Below are positions 35,925-37,796 of a stretch of 37,796 nt of DNA, in pieces. Every line of letters starts with the position of its first letter. Positions within the stretch are counted from its first letter, which is position 1. The DNA lies in IMG/VR virus record IMGVR_UViG_2897375277_000008, positions 1-37,796 of that record; one strand, given 5' to 3'. This stretch comes from a virus (taxonomy: Duplodnaviria > Heunggongvirae > Uroviricota > Caudoviricetes). Under the pieces are notes generated by a model. That model made no database searches. It had not been told where the DNA came from and worked only from the letters and a program-made list of their open reading frames with translations. Made by a program: the position numbers and the translations under genes.

Positions 35925-37796
35925 TTAAACCACGATTCCTAAATGGCATGGTTGCTCACCTTCAAGAGAGGCTCTCATTAAGGTCAGGAATTGGGATAAA
36001 TTATTTCTAAAATCAGAACCACTATCTTCCGCCATTCCTGGAGCTAACGAACTTACTAATAAAGCAGGTGTGATAGGTCTTGTTCCGTAAATACTATATT
36101 TCTCATGATGGAAATGACGAGTCTCGCAAGATTCACTTGGATTTACAATCATCAGCCCAGAAGACAAACTTTTTCCAGTATTTTTTTCATGTATACCATG
36201 AAGGTATTTCATAGTGAGTTCGGGGAGGTAATGTGTAAACGCTTTTTTACTGGTAGTATACTTTGCATCTAGGATTAATTGCCTTTGTTCACCCGTAGGC
36301 GTTGAAATGCAAACTATCATGTCTGGTGATCGATTAGCATTAGGACCTTGCTGCCCTCTAGGCTTCAATTTACCTTTCACGGTGTCTAGAGTCCACCCTT
36401 CGGAGTTAATTAGGGAAGCCCCAAAAGAGCTTGCATGATCATGAGTCCAAATTTTCATCTCATAGATAAGCTGTACAGTAAAACCTCCCCAGTCATACTC
36501 AAAATTATTCCGTTCTATTACAGGGCCATTCACTAGCTCAAACTTCATGCCCAATAACCGTACGTTGTCAAAGTGATACTTAATTAAAAATAATAGGTAG
36601 TATTCAAAAAGTTTTGGGATACTTTGTATCGAAAATAGCTCTTCCTGTACGCTCCAATCAGGTGCGCCGAATCTATGCCAAGCAATTATTTTATGAAAAA
36701 CCTTCTGATAATGAAGGTTGTATCTAGCTTTTCTTGTGAATTGCGGAGTGCCAATGATAATATTAGTTACAGGAACCCGCTCATCAAAAGTTCGTTTCAA
36801 ACGCTGTAGATTAATAATCAATTCTTTACATCGTGAAACTTTATTTTTATTTACAACCTTTGCAAACTTACTTAGCTGTGCAAAAAATGAAATATACCCG
36901 GATATGCTCGACTGTTCACGAATTCTGGAAGAAGGATACTCTTCAAGCCGACTCAAGATCTCCGATGCAGCACGCATAAGGGATACTATAAAGCCATGGA
37001 CAACTTGATTTTCATAAATATTCAAATCCTCTTTTAGATGATTTTCTAATATTCGTTCCGATGAATAATATGTGCCATCTAGTTCCAATATTGCGCGGGT
37101 CTGATCATTAACTGGATAAAGGTTGTCAGAGTTTTCTGAAATCCAAGCTAAAGTGGTGTCATCGATAACAGAGTTTTCAGATACTACGACAACTTTAGTC
37201 ACTGGTGTAAGTTTTGCGATTGGCCTGGAATAGATATTTGGAATCTCGGTCATTAACAATAAAACATTTCGTTCGAGTTGTTCAATCAAAAAGCTAACCG
37301 ATCTTTCTCCTTCTTTGAATCCTGCATTTATACGAGTTACTCTAAAAAATGCTGCTAGAGCATCATTATCATGACACGCTAAGAAATCGAGCATTTTTTC
37401 TGCCCGTTCAGCATTCAATTTTTTGGCAAATACTTCAACCGGAGAATATTGTTCAATAATAACTCTTTCGCCAACTCCATCGATTTTCGTTACTATCGAT
37501 AGCTCTGCCATACCATAATAGTTATGAAAAAAGCATTCGTATGTTGATCGATATATAGATTTTGGTTTCCATTCGTAAATCCATAGGCCATCGTATTCTT
37601 TGCTAGAAGTTATTCCTATTTCATTTTCATGAAGACATAAAAAAACATCATCCAACGGAACAGATGCTTCCAGCCTAAACTCTAGAGCTTCGTCTTCCAG
37701 AAAATAAATCTGATTAGAGGACTGAAGACCAAAGGGAGTCAACCCTATCTCTAGACCACTTCTCCTGCCGTTTATTATCTTCGCAGTAAACCTCAT
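35925..37796 (-). CDS. McrC-like PD-(D/E)xK nuclease family protein (start codon at window edge)
   Basis: 623-aa AT-rich ORF; C-terminal ...SPDMIVCISTPTGEQRQLILDAKYT... parallels the McrC catalytic region (…DITIRSSEKILIVDAKYY…) as I recall it. Confidence 0.6.
   Translation of the reverse strand: MRFTAKIINGRRSGLEIGLTPFGLQSSNQIYFLEDEALEFRLEASVPLDDVFLCLHENEIGITSSKEYDGLWIYEWKPKSIYRSTYECFFHNYYGMAELSIVTKIDGVGERVIIEQYSPVEVFAKKLNAERAEKMLDFLACHDNDALAAFFRVTRINAGFKEGERSVSFLIEQLERNVLLLMTEIPNIYSRPIAKLTPVTKVVVVSENSVIDDTTLAWISENSDNLYPVNDQTRAILELDGTYYSSERILENHLKEDLNIYENQVVHGFIVSLMRAASEILSRLEEYPSSRIREQSSISGYISFFAQLSKFAKVVNKNKVSRCKELIINLQRLKRTFDERVPVTNIIIGTPQFTRKARYNLHYQKVFHKIIAWHRFGAPDWSVQEELFSIQSIPKLFEYYLLFLIKYHFDNVRLLGMKFELVNGPVIERNNFEYDWGGFTVQLIYEMKIWTHDHASSFGASLINSEGWTLDTVKGKLKPRGQQGPNANRSPDMIVCISTPTGEQRQLILDAKYTTSKKAFTHYLPELTMKYLHGIHEKNTGKSLSSGLMIVNPSESCETRHFHHEKYSIYGTRPITPALLVSSLAPGMAEDSGSDFRNNLSQFLTLMRASLEGEQPCHLGIVV

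Noticed and set aside
1-37796. CRISPR arrays and tRNA/rRNA genes
   Set aside because: No regularly spaced short direct repeats with unique spacers and no tRNA-like sequences were seen on visual inspection; the tandem repeats at 30722..30881 are in-frame origin iterons, not CRISPR.

Overview
The window is a near-complete temperate prophage in reverse orientation (most genes on the minus strand), with an IS66-family insertion sequence at its left end (1..2311) and an AT-rich McrC-like nuclease gene at its right end (35925..37796). The prophage is mosaic: lambda-type immunity, replication, nin and lysis regions (cI, cro, CII-like, O-like initiator with internal iterons, Dam-like methyltransferase, RusA, QuuD-like Q, holin, lambda-R-like endolysin, Rz/Rz1), an HK97-type head module (HNH, terminase, portal, protease, capsid) and a Mu/P2-type contractile tail with baseplate. 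Gene order and protein lengths resemble the E. coli e14 element from memory, not from a search. The tail-fibre region is a Gin/Pin-type invertible host-range switch whose invertase gene is truncated to about 42 codons, so the switch is probably locked. The best candidate for an undescribed system is an AT-rich two-gene insert between Q and the holin (24645..26182, plus strand, with a candidate promoter and a clear terminator): a 311-aa soluble protein followed by a 189-aa four-helix membrane protein, the same architecture as RexAB-type abortive-infection modules but with no family I can recognise. Other leads are the McrC-like gene cut by the window edge, a convergent small-gene pair beside cI, and a structured non-coding region upstream of xis. 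All calls rest on reading the ORF translations and the DNA by eye; no searches or computations were run, and prophage boundaries are not determined.
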